Below, one piece after another: positions 1 through 8,938 of a DNA stretch of 24,000 bases; positions within the stretch are counted from its first letter, which is position 1, and every line of letters starts with the position of its first letter. This stretch comes from Bacillota bacterium (lineage in GTDB: Bacteria > Actinomycetota > Aquicultoria > Aquicultorales > Aquicultoraceae). Position numbers and translations under genes: made by a program. The stretch spans positions 9,485 through 33,484 of the forward strand of contig JAIMBH010000011.1 of NCBI GenBank assembly GCA_023511485.1, in the 5' to 3' direction. The notes under the pieces were generated by a model, which was not told the origin of the DNA, did not search any database, and saw only the letters and a program-made list of their open reading frames with translations.

Positions 1-636
1 ACTCTCGTCTTTGCAGTCAAAAAGACGAAGCGGATTGATATCTATCCGCTTTTGGCAATCTTTGCAAAGCTCTGCACGATGCTCCTGGGCAAATTCTCTT
101 AAAAGTTTAATATATGTGGGCCGATCTTTCTCGCACCCCATGCTATTTATGTATAGAATCAATTCTTTTAAACCCACCGATTTAAAATAATCTATCATCA
201 GCAGGATAGTTTCTGCATCTATTGCGGGGTCATCCGAGCCGATAGCTTCAACGCCAAGCTGCCAGAACTGACGGTATCTTCCAGCTTGGGGACGCTCGTA
301 TCTAAACATTGGCCCTGCGTAGTAGAGCTTTACCGGCTGGGGTAACTGGTTCATATTATGCTCAACATAAGCCCTAATAACTGGTGCCGTGCCCTCGGGC
401 CTAAGCGTCAGGCTTCTGCCCCCCTTATCTTCAAAGGTGTACATTTCTTTTTGAACAATATCTGTCGATGTCCCTATGCTGCGCAAGAACACCTCAGTGT
501 GTTCAAAAATAGGTGTTATAATAGATTCATAGCCGTATATTTTAAAAAGCTCACTTGCTTTGCTTTCTAAATACTGCCATCTAATTGCTACATCCGGCAG
601 AATATCAATCGTACCTTTTGGTGCCTTATATCTCAA
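1..636 (-). CDS. hisS: Histidine--tRNA ligase, N-terminal 212 codons. The 3' end lies outside the window.
   Basis: My translation of the minus strand from a TTG at 636 reads LRYKAPKGTIDILP...RPEGTAPVIRAY...YYAGPMFRYERPQAGRYRQFWQLGVE, which are class II HisRS motifs. GAGGAGGAAA lies 4 nt upstream of the start. The ORF track omits it because it has no stop in the window. The 358-570 plus ORF is its antisense shadow. Confidence 0.9.
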   Translation of the reverse strand, partial: MRYKAPKGTIDILPDVAIRWQYLESKASELFKIYGYESIITPIFEHTEVFLRSIGTSTDIVQKEMYTFEDKGGRSLTLRPEGTAPVIRAYVEHNMNQLPQPVKLYYAGPMFRYERPQAGRYRQFWQLGVEAIGSDDPAIDAETILLMIDYFKSVGLKELILYINSMGCEKDRPTYIKLLREFAQEHRAELCKDCQKRIDINPLRLFDCKDES

Positions 637-676
637 TCTATTTCCTCCTCAAGAGGCAAAAAATTAAAAGCTTTAT

Positions 677-1300
677 TTATGTAACGTATGGATTGTGTTT
701 TTTCTCATCGCCAACCGTAGTTGAAGGGCCGTGACCTGGATAAACCTTCACCTGGTCAGGATACTTATAAATCTTTTCTTTTATAGAGTTTAACAATGTT
801 TCGGTCGAACCACCAGCCAAATCAGTCCTTCCAACCGATCTATAGAAAAGGAGGTCTCCTGTAAAAAGACAATCTCCAATGTTAATGGTTACGCTTCCTG
901 GGGTATGCCCCGGGGTATGAATAATTTTAACATCTAGGTCTCCAACCTTAAGAGTCATGCCATCGGTTAGCTCGAAGTCAGGCTTAAGTGTTACATCCTC
1001 TCCCTCGCCAGCCATGAAGGACATGCTAAGCCGAGGGTTTTCCAGCATAACCATATCGGCTTTATTAATGCCAATCTTTGCACCAGTTTTATTGGCAATC
1101 GTCGACGACACGGCAAAATGGTCCCAATGACCATGCGTTAACAAAATATACTTTAAATCGAGGTTTTCCACAGCTATTGTATCAAGGATTATTCCTGCAT
1201 TGCCTGCAGGATCTATGACTATGGCTTCACCTGCATGCTCAGAAGCAACGACATAACAATTTGTATCTAAATCACCAACAACTAATGTCTCTAAGAACAT
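677..1300 (-). CDS. MBL-fold metallo-hydrolase (glyoxalase II-like)
   Basis: 207-aa ORF with an LTHGHWDH metal-binding motif and a later HTPGHTPG. GGAGGA lies 7 nt upstream of the ATG. The position between dtd and hisS is a common conserved neighbourhood. Confidence 0.85.
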   Translation of the reverse strand: MFLETLVVGDLDTNCYVVASEHAGEAIVIDPAGNAGIILDTIAVENLDLKYILLTHGHWDHFAVSSTIANKTGAKIGINKADMVMLENPRLSMSFMAGEGEDVTLKPDFELTDGMTLKVGDLDVKIIHTPGHTPGSVTINIGDCLFTGDLLFYRSVGRTDLAGGSTETLLNSIKEKIYKYPDQVKVYPGHGPSTTVGDEKKHNPYVT

Positions 1301-1428
1301 ATATCAGTCCTCCGTGCTTTTCGTTTAGTAATAAAGTTATCAATTTTTATGGTGACAACGCTAACGTCTCATGCTGCCAACGTCAGCAAATAAAGATATT
1401 GGCTATTTTGCACATCAAGGCTTCGGCA

Positions 1429-1872
1429 CTAAAAATTCTTTTTACTATCCAATAAAATGGTTACAGGACCATCGTTTACTATATTAACAGACATTTGCGC
1501 CTGAAACTCTCCCTCTTTTGTCGGCACAGCTTCGCTGAACTTTTTAAATGCTATATCGTAAAGACTTCTTGCCTCGTCTGGCGGGGCAGAATCGGTGAAA
1601 CTTGGCCTCCGGCCTTTTCTCACATCTCCATAGAGCGTAAATTGCGGTATCAGCAACACTTCTCCACCGGTATCTTTAAGCGAGAGGTCGAATTTTCCGT
1701 CTTTTTCGAAGATTCTCATATTTACCGTTTTCTCAACTATATAGTCTATATCGCTTTCTGTGTCATCTCTGCCAACGGCAAGCAGGACTACAAGTCCTCG
1801 CCCTATTTCGGCTAGACTTTTCCCATCTACATTAACACCTGCTTCTGAAACCCTTTGTATAACCGCCCTCAC
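1429..1872 (-). CDS. dtd: D-aminoacyl-tRNA deacylase
   Basis: 147 aa. It begins MRAVIQRV and ends NDGPVTILLDS, which are typical Dtd termini. GTG start with AGGGGA 9 nt upstream. Confidence 0.9.
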   Translation of the reverse strand: MRAVIQRVSEAGVNVDGKSLAEIGRGLVVLLAVGRDDTESDIDYIVEKTVNMRIFEKDGKFDLSLKDTGGEVLLIPQFTLYGDVRKGRRPSFTDSAPPDEARSLYDIAFKKFSEAVPTKEGEFQAQMSVNIVNDGPVTILLDSKKNF

Positions 1873-1919
1873 TCTTGTTAATCCCCTGAATTCTGGCCTT
1901 GATATCTTTACTTTATACC

Positions 1920-4181
1920 TTACTCCCTATTCTTTCGCTCCTGCCACTTTGGTACAACTTTTTCCCGCTTTGGCTGGTTTGGCTCTACTCGATATACGTC
2001 GTATACCGCCGGCACTTTCTTTATGTTACCAATAATTGTCTGCAAATGACTTAAATTACCTATCTCAAATATAAACCTGAGCGCTGCAACGTGATCTTTG
2101 GAAGTTGACACCGAGGCGGATAGTATATTTACGCCGGCATCGCCAAGTACCGTGCTGATATCCCTCAATAACTTTGTCCTATCAAGTGCTTCAACCTCGA
2201 TTTCGACTTGAAATGCGGCCGGCTGCTTTGTATCCCACGATGTCTCTATCATGCGCTCAGGAAACATATCCATTAGCTTCTTTGCATTCAGGCAATCTGC
2301 TCTATGCACCGAAACACCGCGTCCCCTGGTGACAAATCCAACTATGCTGTCATAAGGTACTGGATTACAACAGTGGGCAATCCTCACCAGCATATCGTCG
2401 ATGCCCTTTACCTTTACTCCAGTCTTACCAGAAGTTCGCCGTCTCTTTTGCGGCTTTTTGATTTGTATCTCTTCGATACCATATTCTAGCTCAGATTTCT
2501 CTTTCTCTTTTTCTTTATCCTTATCCTTATCCTTTTCCTTTTCATATGCCTCAGCAATCCGTGTTGCCACCTGCTTAGCCGATGTTTTCCCAGCCCCAAT
2601 ATTAGCCAGTACATCTTCTATTCCTTTAAAGTTGAGCTCTTTCGCTATTTCCTCAAGGACACTTGTTGCAGCATTTGATTTGAGACCAATCTCTAGCTTT
2701 CGAAGCTCTTTTTGAAGAATTTCCCTACCGGTGGCTTCACTGTCTTCTCTATTCTCTTTATTAAACCACTGTTTAATTTTGTTCCTTGCTCGGTTTGTTT
2801 TTACTATCTTAAGCCAATCCTTACTTGGACCGCTTATGGTCTTTGAGGTTAATATCTCGATAAAGTCACCGGTATGAAGCTTATATTCCAACGGCACTAT
2901 TTGATTGTTGACCTTTGCGCCAATACACCTATGCCCAACATCGGTGTGGATTGTGTATGCGAAGTCTAGTGGGGTTGCGCCCGCGGGCAGATTAATAACG
3001 TCGCCTTTAGGCGTAAACACATAAACTTCATCCTCAAAAAGGTCTATTTTAAGCGACTCCATGAATTCGCGTGGGTCCTTTAACTCGCTTTGCCATTCAA
3101 GCATCTGGCGAAGCCAGCTCAGCCTCTCATCTAATTTATCGCCCTTAGCTCCTTCTTTATATCGCCAGTGCGCAGCAACACCATACTCTGCAGTTCTATG
3201 CATTTGCTTCGTTCTTATTTGTATCTCAAGCGGCTTACCCATAGGGCCAATTACAGTTGTATGAAGCGACTGGTACATATTAAACTTTGGCATTGCAATA
3301 TAATCCTTAAAGCGGCCCGGTATTGGCGTCCACATTGCATGAATTGCACCTAAAGCGCCATAGCAGTCTTTAATTGAATCGACAATAACCCGCACAGCGA
3401 GCAGGTCATAAATCTCACTGAACTCACGTCCGCGCTTTGTCATCTTCTCGTAAATGCTGTAGAAGTGCTTGGGCCTTCCACTTATTTCAGAATCAATTCC
3501 AAGAGCTCTGAGCTCTTTCTTCAATGCATTAATCGCACCTTTTAGAAACTCCTCGCGCTCGGCCCTACGCTCGGCCACCATCTTTTGGATTTGCTCATAT
3601 TTCTTGGGCTCCAGCACTTGGAAGGATAGGTCTTCAAGTTCCCATTTCAAAGACATGATTCCGAGCCGATGTGCAAGAGGTGCGTATATCTCGAGAGTTT
3701 CCTGTGCCTTCTTGATCTGTTTACTTCGATCAAGATGACTTATTGTGCGCATATTATGTAGACGATCAGCCAGCTTTATAATTATAACCCTTATGTCCTT
3801 AGCCATTGCTATAAACATCTTCCTCAAGTTCTCAGCCTGCTCCTCCTCACGGCTTTTGAACTCGATCTGGCCAAGCTTTGTTACACCATCTATAAGCGCA
3901 GTTACATCCGGCCCAACTTCTTTTTCGATATCGGAGAGCGTAACGTCCGTATCCTCGATAACATCATGCAATAGAGCCGCAATTATCGTTGTTGTATCCA
4001 TGCCAAGGTCAGCCAGGATGTCTGCAACTTCCAACGGGTGTGAAATAAAATCTTCACCAGATAAGCGATACTGATCGATGTGGTATTTGCGTGCAAGCTT
4101 GTAAGCTTTTCGGATCGCATCGACATCTACATCTGGGTTATATCGTTTTATTTTACTGATCAAACTTCTAATTCTTGCCAT
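1920..4181 (-). CDS. relA: Bifunctional (p)ppGpp synthetase/hydrolase of the Rel/RelA-SpoT family
   Basis: Contains an HD hydrolase motif (HDVIEDT), a synthetase core (YSIYEKM...DLLAVRVIV), a TGS region, the CCNPVP zinc-finger region and a C-terminal ACT domain. The longest ORF reaches 4262, but the ATG at 4181 (MARIRSLISKIK) has GAGGGTGAA immediately upstream. A TATAAT on the minus strand at 4227-4232 falls inside the extension. Confidence 0.9.
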   Translation of the reverse strand: MARIRSLISKIKRYNPDVDVDAIRKAYKLARKYHIDQYRLSGEDFISHPLEVADILADLGMDTTTIIAALLHDVIEDTDVTLSDIEKEVGPDVTALIDGVTKLGQIEFKSREEEQAENLRKMFIAMAKDIRVIIIKLADRLHNMRTISHLDRSKQIKKAQETLEIYAPLAHRLGIMSLKWELEDLSFQVLEPKKYEQIQKMVAERRAEREEFLKGAINALKKELRALGIDSEISGRPKHFYSIYEKMTKRGREFSEIYDLLAVRVIVDSIKDCYGALGAIHAMWTPIPGRFKDYIAMPKFNMYQSLHTTVIGPMGKPLEIQIRTKQMHRTAEYGVAAHWRYKEGAKGDKLDERLSWLRQMLEWQSELKDPREFMESLKIDLFEDEVYVFTPKGDVINLPAGATPLDFAYTIHTDVGHRCIGAKVNNQIVPLEYKLHTGDFIEILTSKTISGPSKDWLKIVKTNRARNKIKQWFNKENREDSEATGREILQKELRKLEIGLKSNAATSVLEEIAKELNFKGIEDVLANIGAGKTSAKQVATRIAEAYEKEKDKDKDKEKEKEKSELEYGIEEIQIKKPQKRRRTSGKTGVKVKGIDDMLVRIAHCCNPVPYDSIVGFVTRGRGVSVHRADCLNAKKLMDMFPERMIETSWDTKQPAAFQVEIEVEALDRTKLLRDISTVLGDAGVNILSASVSTSKDHVAALRFIFEIGNLSHLQTIIGNIKKVPAVYDVYRVEPNQPKREKVVPKWQERKNRE
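2494..2546 (-). repeat. In-frame low-complexity (GAn/AAr) tract encoding EKEKDKDKDKEKEKEK in the Rel linker
   Basis: The plus strand reads ctctttctctttttctttatccttatccttatccttttcctttt. It translates on the minus strand as alternating Lys-Glu/Lys-Asp. Confidence 0.7.
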
Positions 4182-4420
4182 TTCACCCTCATCCCAGTAA
4201 TAAAATTTTAGCAGATGTGACCCGTGATTATAAGGAATCAGGCTTTTACTTATAATCGGCATTTCGCTTAATTAAAGTTAAGCCTCATAGCTCCCGCCAC
4301 GGACCCTGTTCTGAGTGAAGCGATCAAGCGGTTTTTAAAATCTTTGGGCCTTCAAGAGGATAGTAGATAAAAATGTCACATTGCCTGCTGCTAGGTGGGG
4401 CTTTAGCCCCGCATACACTT

Positions 4421-4455
4421 TGAAAGAAAAAGCCCGCTGCGAATGCGGGCTTTTC
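4421..4455 (-). terminator. Rho-independent terminator after secF
   Basis: The minus-strand RNA reads gaaaaGCCCGCattcgcaGCGGGCtttttcttt. This is a GC-rich stem extended by A:U pairs, followed by a U tract, 25 nt downstream of the secF stop. Confidence 0.7.
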
Positions 4456-4479
4456 GGTTACTAAATTGTGTATGCTTAC

Positions 4480-5424
4480 TTAGGATGCCGGAGCTACCGC
4501 TTCTTTACCATATTTCTTCTTCAAATTCTTGTAGTAAGGTTCTGCTTCTTTCCAAACGACAAAGATTGGTGAAGCAAAGAAAATCGAAGAATAGGTGCCG
4601 GATAGAATACCAACCATCATAGCAAATGCGAAATCCTTAAGCGTCTCGCCGCCAAAAAGCATTATGGCAGCAACAGGCAAAAGGGTTGTTATCGAAGTAT
4701 TTATCGATCTCATGAATACCTGGTTTATAGATTTATTGGCCATAGCCGAATATGTAGTCTTAACAATATTAGTTGAGTTTTCTTTTATCCTGTGAAAAAC
4801 AACAATCGTATCATATAGCGAGTAGCCGAGGATGGTAAGAAGCGCCGCGATCATGTTCGGGTTGACCTCTCTACCAACAAGCGCATAAACCCCTGCCGTT
4901 ATTATTATGTCGTGAAAGAGTGCCAGTATTGCTGCTACAGACATTTTAAACTCGTAGCGAAACGCTATAAACAGCAGTAACCCTACAATGGCTGCGACAA
5001 GGGCATAGATAGCTCGCTCCGTGATATGAGAGCCCCAACTAGCATCAACTGTTCTTGTCTGACGGTCAACAACGCCAAATTTATCATTTAATGCTGCAGC
5101 CATGCTTTTTTCTTCAGACGTGCTTAGCTCTTTAGTTCTGATGAGCATTTGGCTACCTTTACTTATCGAGCTCTTGGCATCGCTAAATGTTGCTTTCTCT
5201 ATTGGCTGTATTTTGCTGTCCTTTAGGCCCAGTGAATCCAGAACTGACCGAACTTGCTCAACTGATACTGACTGCTTGAACTGTATGTCGGTTGCACTTC
5301 CACCTTTAAAGTCGATGCTGTAGTTAAAGCCGACCCCCAAAATGCCAACGATGCTAAGAATTATCAACAAGCCTGATAATGCAAACCATATGTTCTTCTT
5401 TCCGAGGAAATCAATATTAAGCAC
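4480..5424 (-). CDS. secF: Protein translocase subunit SecF
   Basis: 314 aa with a multi-TM profile and SecF-type sequence. GTG start with GGAGGTG 7 nt upstream. It overlaps the secD stop by 8 nt. Confidence 0.9.
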   Translation of the reverse strand: MLNIDFLGKKNIWFALSGLLIILSIVGILGVGFNYSIDFKGGSATDIQFKQSVSVEQVRSVLDSLGLKDSKIQPIEKATFSDAKSSISKGSQMLIRTKELSTSEEKSMAAALNDKFGVVDRQTRTVDASWGSHITERAIYALVAAIVGLLLFIAFRYEFKMSVAAILALFHDIIITAGVYALVGREVNPNMIAALLTILGYSLYDTIVVFHRIKENSTNIVKTTYSAMANKSINQVFMRSINTSITTLLPVAAIMLFGGETLKDFAFAMMVGILSGTYSSIFFASPIFVVWKEAEPYYKNLKKKYGKEAVAPAS

Positions 5425-6736
5425 CCTCGGCCACCTCCTTTATTCTCGGCATCCGAAGCAGCAGCGCTGGGCTCTTAACCGGCCATATCTGCGCCAGGAA
5501 CCCGAGCACCGGCCTTGTAAATAACAACATTATTACAACATCAATAGTTAAACCGATAATCAGGGTTAATGCAAATCCTTTTACTGGCCCTATACCAACA
5601 AAGAAAAGAACTAGCGCTGCAAGAAAAGTTACGATATCCGCATCCAGGCTCGTTCTAAAACCATGCCAGAATCCGGAATCAACAGCGGTTCTAAACGTCT
5701 TTTTCGAGCGCATCTCATCTTTTAATCGCTCGAAAATAATAATCTTTGAGTCTGCTGCTACACCAATGCTTATGATCAAACCCGCTATGCCGGGCAGCGT
5801 AAGCGTCCAGCCGTAAGTCCTCCCAATCGCTGATATAACTCCAAAGACTAGCGTCGCGTATGCGGTTAAGCCTACCCAGGTTACCAAACCAAGTCCCTGG
5901 TAGTACAGCAACATGTACAGGGCAACAAGGGCAAAACCAATGGCGCCTGCAATGATACCTGCTCTAAGAGCCTCTGCGCCAAGTGTTGGACCGACGCTTT
6001 GCGCCTCAGATATGTCGAGGGTAACAGGAATTGACCCACTATTTAACACCAGGGCGATTTCTTTAGCCTCATCAATTGTATTAATACCAGTAATTTCGGC
6101 TTTTCCATCAGGAATTGCTGTTTGGATTGTCGGTGCGGTTATGATTTTTCCGTCAAGTACTATTGCAAGCTTTTTCTTGACGTTTTGCGCGGTTATCTGG
6201 GCGAAGGTGTTTGCTCCCTCATCATTAAACGAAAGAGTAACTATAGGTTGATTGCCAAGGTTACCGCCGTAGGTCGCTTTCGCATCTGTTATCTTATCAC
6301 CGGTCAATAGAACCGGACCAAGAACTGGTTTATTCTGTTTCAATAGCGTGTTCATTTGGCCCTCGTTCATTGACTCATACTCTTGGTTTACGATAGCAAA
6401 CTGAAGCACGGCCGGTTTTCCTAAGTATTCTTTGGCTTTCTCAGGATCTTTAATACCGGGAAGCTGGACCATGATATTTCGTGGCCCTTCACGTTGTATT
6501 TCTGGTTCAGCCACACCCAGTCCATCGACGCGGTTTCGAAGAACATATTCCGCCTGCCTCATCTTTTCATCGGTTACTTTTGAGCCGGGTGTGTCTTTGG
6601 CCGTATATATAATACTCAAGCCACCTTTCAGATCAAGCCCTAGCTTTGGCTTTGTGGTCGTAATCATTGCAGCCGCTGCTATGACCAGCAACAAAAGCAC
6701 GCCCAGGCTGATTGCATGTTTCTGCTTATCTGTCAA
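5417..6736 (-). CDS. secD: Protein translocase subunit SecD
   Basis: 439 aa with an N-terminal TM segment, LGLDLKGG, a periplasmic domain and a C-terminal six-TM block. TTG start with AGGGGGGA 5 nt upstream. Confidence 0.9.
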   Translation of the reverse strand: MTDKQKHAISLGVLLLLVIAAAAMITTTKPKLGLDLKGGLSIIYTAKDTPGSKVTDEKMRQAEYVLRNRVDGLGVAEPEIQREGPRNIMVQLPGIKDPEKAKEYLGKPAVLQFAIVNQEYESMNEGQMNTLLKQNKPVLGPVLLTGDKITDAKATYGGNLGNQPIVTLSFNDEGANTFAQITAQNVKKKLAIVLDGKIITAPTIQTAIPDGKAEITGINTIDEAKEIALVLNSGSIPVTLDISEAQSVGPTLGAEALRAGIIAGAIGFALVALYMLLYYQGLGLVTWVGLTAYATLVFGVISAIGRTYGWTLTLPGIAGLIISIGVAADSKIIIFERLKDEMRSKKTFRTAVDSGFWHGFRTSLDADIVTFLAALVLFFVGIGPVKGFALTLIIGLTIDVVIMLLFTRPVLGFLAQIWPVKSPALLLRMPRIKEVAEGA

Positions 6737-6747
6737 TTCTGTCCCCC

Positions 6748-7410
6748 CTACAAGAGTTTAACGCCATTTATAACCAAGCCAAACTGGCAGCCTAAAAATT
6801 CAGCCGCCCTACGGCATATTACCATACGAGATAGAAATATTTCAAAATACTCCATAACCTGGCTTATATTTGTATCGATATCGATTTCAAGTTCGATTAA
6901 CTTTCTCTCGTTGTCCACTCTTAAAAATGATCTTTGGGCTGCAAGGTTGACTCTGTCATGGATGTCGCTAGTTAGCGGATTCGGGCTCCTGACACGGCTT
7001 CTGTGGACATCGGTCTTATCCGCCATGATAACAGCAGCTCCGATTGGGCTAGTTGCTATGCCATACTCTTCCTCATGGTTCCCAATTGCGTTCATCACCA
7101 AAACCATCTCCTCGGGAGCCATTCCAAGCCTTATAAATATTGATTGGGCTATCATAGCTGCAGATACCGCATGAAAACTCCTGCCAACAGAATTGCCGAT
7201 ATCATGCAGGTATCCGGCCATTCCAGCAAGCTCCGCTTCACGCTCGGGGTAGCCAAGCCGTTTTAGGACGTTCATTGCAATATGCGAAACCAAATCGGCA
7301 TGACGGAAGCCATGCTCAGTAAAGCCTATCATTTCCATATGTTTGTCCGCCTGTGCAATGAACGCTTTAACATAAGGATCTTCTTTAATTTCTTCTAACG
7401 TTACAGGCAT
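6748..7410 (-). CDS. HD-domain phosphohydrolase of unknown specificity, first gene of an apparent HD-secD-secF operon
   Basis: Contains H...HD motifs (GFRHAD, YLHDIGN). The longest ORF reaches 7431, but the ATG at 7410 (MPVTLEEI) is preceded by GGAGAAAG. It ends 12 nt before secD. Confidence 0.75.
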   Translation of the reverse strand: MPVTLEEIKEDPYVKAFIAQADKHMEMIGFTEHGFRHADLVSHIAMNVLKRLGYPEREAELAGMAGYLHDIGNSVGRSFHAVSAAMIAQSIFIRLGMAPEEMVLVMNAIGNHEEEYGIATSPIGAAVIMADKTDVHRSRVRSPNPLTSDIHDRVNLAAQRSFLRVDNERKLIELEIDIDTNISQVMEYFEIFLSRMVICRRAAEFLGCQFGLVINGVKLL

Positions 7411-7477
7411 ATTTTGCTTTCTCCGTCTCAAAGTAGTTTTCCAAGCTGCGATAAAAGGTTATAAGGGTACTCCTGTC

Positions 7478-7506
7478 ATTATACTATTTGATATATGCGT
7501 TGTCAG
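7478..7506 (-). promoter_or_regulatory. Candidate sigma-70-type promoter for HD-secD-secF
   Basis: The minus strand reads CTGACA, then 17 nt, then TATAAT (the plus strand shows attata at 7478-7483 and tgtcag at 7501-7506). One CGCATATAT repeat lies in the spacer. Confidence 0.4.
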
Positions 7507-7633
7507 CGAATTCTATGAATATGCAAAATATGACAGGCGCATGCCTGCCTATCTAAAATAACTGGCACCGCATCCGACAAAAATGACCGATTTTTACAGG
7601 CTATAATATATGCGACGGGGTACAATATATGCG
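7491..7633 (-). repeat. Three copies of CGCATATAT (minus-strand reading)
   Basis: The plus strand shows atatatgcg at 7491-7499, 7606-7614 and 7625-7633. The two upstream copies extend to 13-mers, CGCATATATTGTA and CGCATATATTATA, 19 nt apart. Confidence 0.5.
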
Positions 7634-7691
7634 CCTCTAGTATCGCTGGCATCGGGGGATACTTTTCTACTGGATTATGCGGGTTTATGTT

Positions 7692-8762
7692 TTATCTTAT
7701 CCTCATGTAGGAACCGGATAAGTCTCTCTTTACCAATCCATTTACCTCCAGAGAGACGATAAGTGCTGAAACTGAAGCCGAGCTTTCGCTAAGGCATCCA
7801 GCAATCTCGTCGATTCTTTTACCATTCCATCCTATTATGTCAAGGACAGCCTTCTCCCGCGGGGTAAGAATTTTGCTTTTACTGCTTTCCACATGCTCAA
7901 ACCCCAGTATCTCAAGAACGTCTTTTGCATTTTCCACAAGGTATGCGCCCTGTTTGATAAGTTTATTAGTGCCTTTACTATTAAAGCTTTTTGCGTGTCC
8001 CGGAATAGCAAATACGTCGCGGCCGTACTCCAGCGCAAAGTCGACAGTAATTAAAGCCCCGCTTTTTTCTGCTGCTTCAACGATAACTACACCATCGCAC
8101 ATTCCTGCTACAATCCTATTTCTCGCTGGAAAATTCATGGCCAGAGGCGGAGTACCCAAATGGTATTCGGATATTAATGCGCCATGTTGCCTGATTTTGT
8201 TAAAAAGCCTACCGTTTTCAGGAGGATAAACAATATCAAGGCCGCAACCAAGTACCGCGAAGGTTGTCCCACCTGCATCCAGCGCTCCCCAATGTGCTGA
8301 GGTGTCGATTCCACGGGCAGCGCCCGAAACTACCGCAACACCGGAATTAGCCAAGTCCAAGGCAAGCTCATGCGCGATTGTCATTCCCGCAGCAGTAGCA
8401 CGACGTGATCCAACTACAGCGACTGCTGCATTATATTGTCGCAGCCGACCTTTTACAAACAAAGCTTTAGGCCTATTGCTCACCTTTATAAGCGGATAAG
8501 GATAATCCTTATCCTCATCAGTTATAACCTGAATTCCCGCATCTTGAAGCCTTTTATATTCAATATCAAGGTCGATTAAATCTCGAACCGAAACAGCTTT
8601 ATCCGCTGAGCTTTCGCTTAAGCCAAGCTCCATTAGGTCTCTTTTGCTAGCACCCCAGAGCTCCTTTGGTCCGCCCGCAGCTTGCGATAAAACATATTGC
8701 TTGTTTATAAAAGCGGGAATCATCTTAATACCGATCCAGTATTTCTTCGGGTCATCATCCAT
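7692..8762 (-). CDS. dprA: DNA processing protein DprA/Smf
   Basis: 356 aa with the Rossmann-like DprA core (VAVVGSRRAT...VVSGAARGIDTSAH...NFPARNRIVAG) and a C-terminal winged-helix-like tail. AGGAG lies 8 nt upstream of the ATG. Confidence 0.9.
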   Translation of the reverse strand: MDDDPKKYWIGIKMIPAFINKQYVLSQAAGGPKELWGASKRDLMELGLSESSADKAVSVRDLIDLDIEYKRLQDAGIQVITDEDKDYPYPLIKVSNRPKALFVKGRLRQYNAAVAVVGSRRATAAGMTIAHELALDLANSGVAVVSGAARGIDTSAHWGALDAGGTTFAVLGCGLDIVYPPENGRLFNKIRQHGALISEYHLGTPPLAMNFPARNRIVAGMCDGVVIVEAAEKSGALITVDFALEYGRDVFAIPGHAKSFNSKGTNKLIKQGAYLVENAKDVLEILGFEHVESSKSKILTPREKAVLDIIGWNGKRIDEIAGCLSESSASVSALIVSLEVNGLVKRDLSGSYMRIR

Positions 8763-8938
8763 GGCTTTAACTCCTGCATTTATACCGAAATGTTTTTCTG
8801 TAAAAAGGCAAATTGCAAGTTCATACCCTTTATATTTAGATAACTGTGATGCTGCAGGGCTAGTTGTTCTTTAGATATATAGCAGCTTAAATTACCCTCG
8901 TCACATCTTTATTAAAACAGTAAATCGGAAAACAAGGA

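Noticed and set aside
2494-2546. Short tandem repeat that could have been a CRISPR-like or intergenic repeat array.
   Set aside because: It is in frame inside relA and codes for a KE/KD linker. It has no spacer-repeat organisation. I saw no CRISPR array, tRNA or rRNA signature anywhere in the window.
2304-4074. Multiple plus-strand ORFs of 61-109 aa inside relA. Similar plus-strand ORFs lie inside secD, secF, the HD gene, dprA, comM, gcvPA/gcvPB and htrA.
   Set aside because: All lie antisense to long, well-supported genes. They are Ser/Leu/Ile-rich and lack ribosome-binding sites, as is typical of shadow ORFs.
4182-4262. N-terminal extensions of the longest ORFs: relA to 4262, the HD gene to 7431, comM to 10534, yraN to 13246, the 98-aa ORF to 14886, gcvH to 18837 and gcvT to 20067.
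   Set aside because: In each case an internal start has a much better Shine-Dalgarno match at proper spacing, and it yields the N-terminus and length typical of the family. The extensions are treated as leader sequence.
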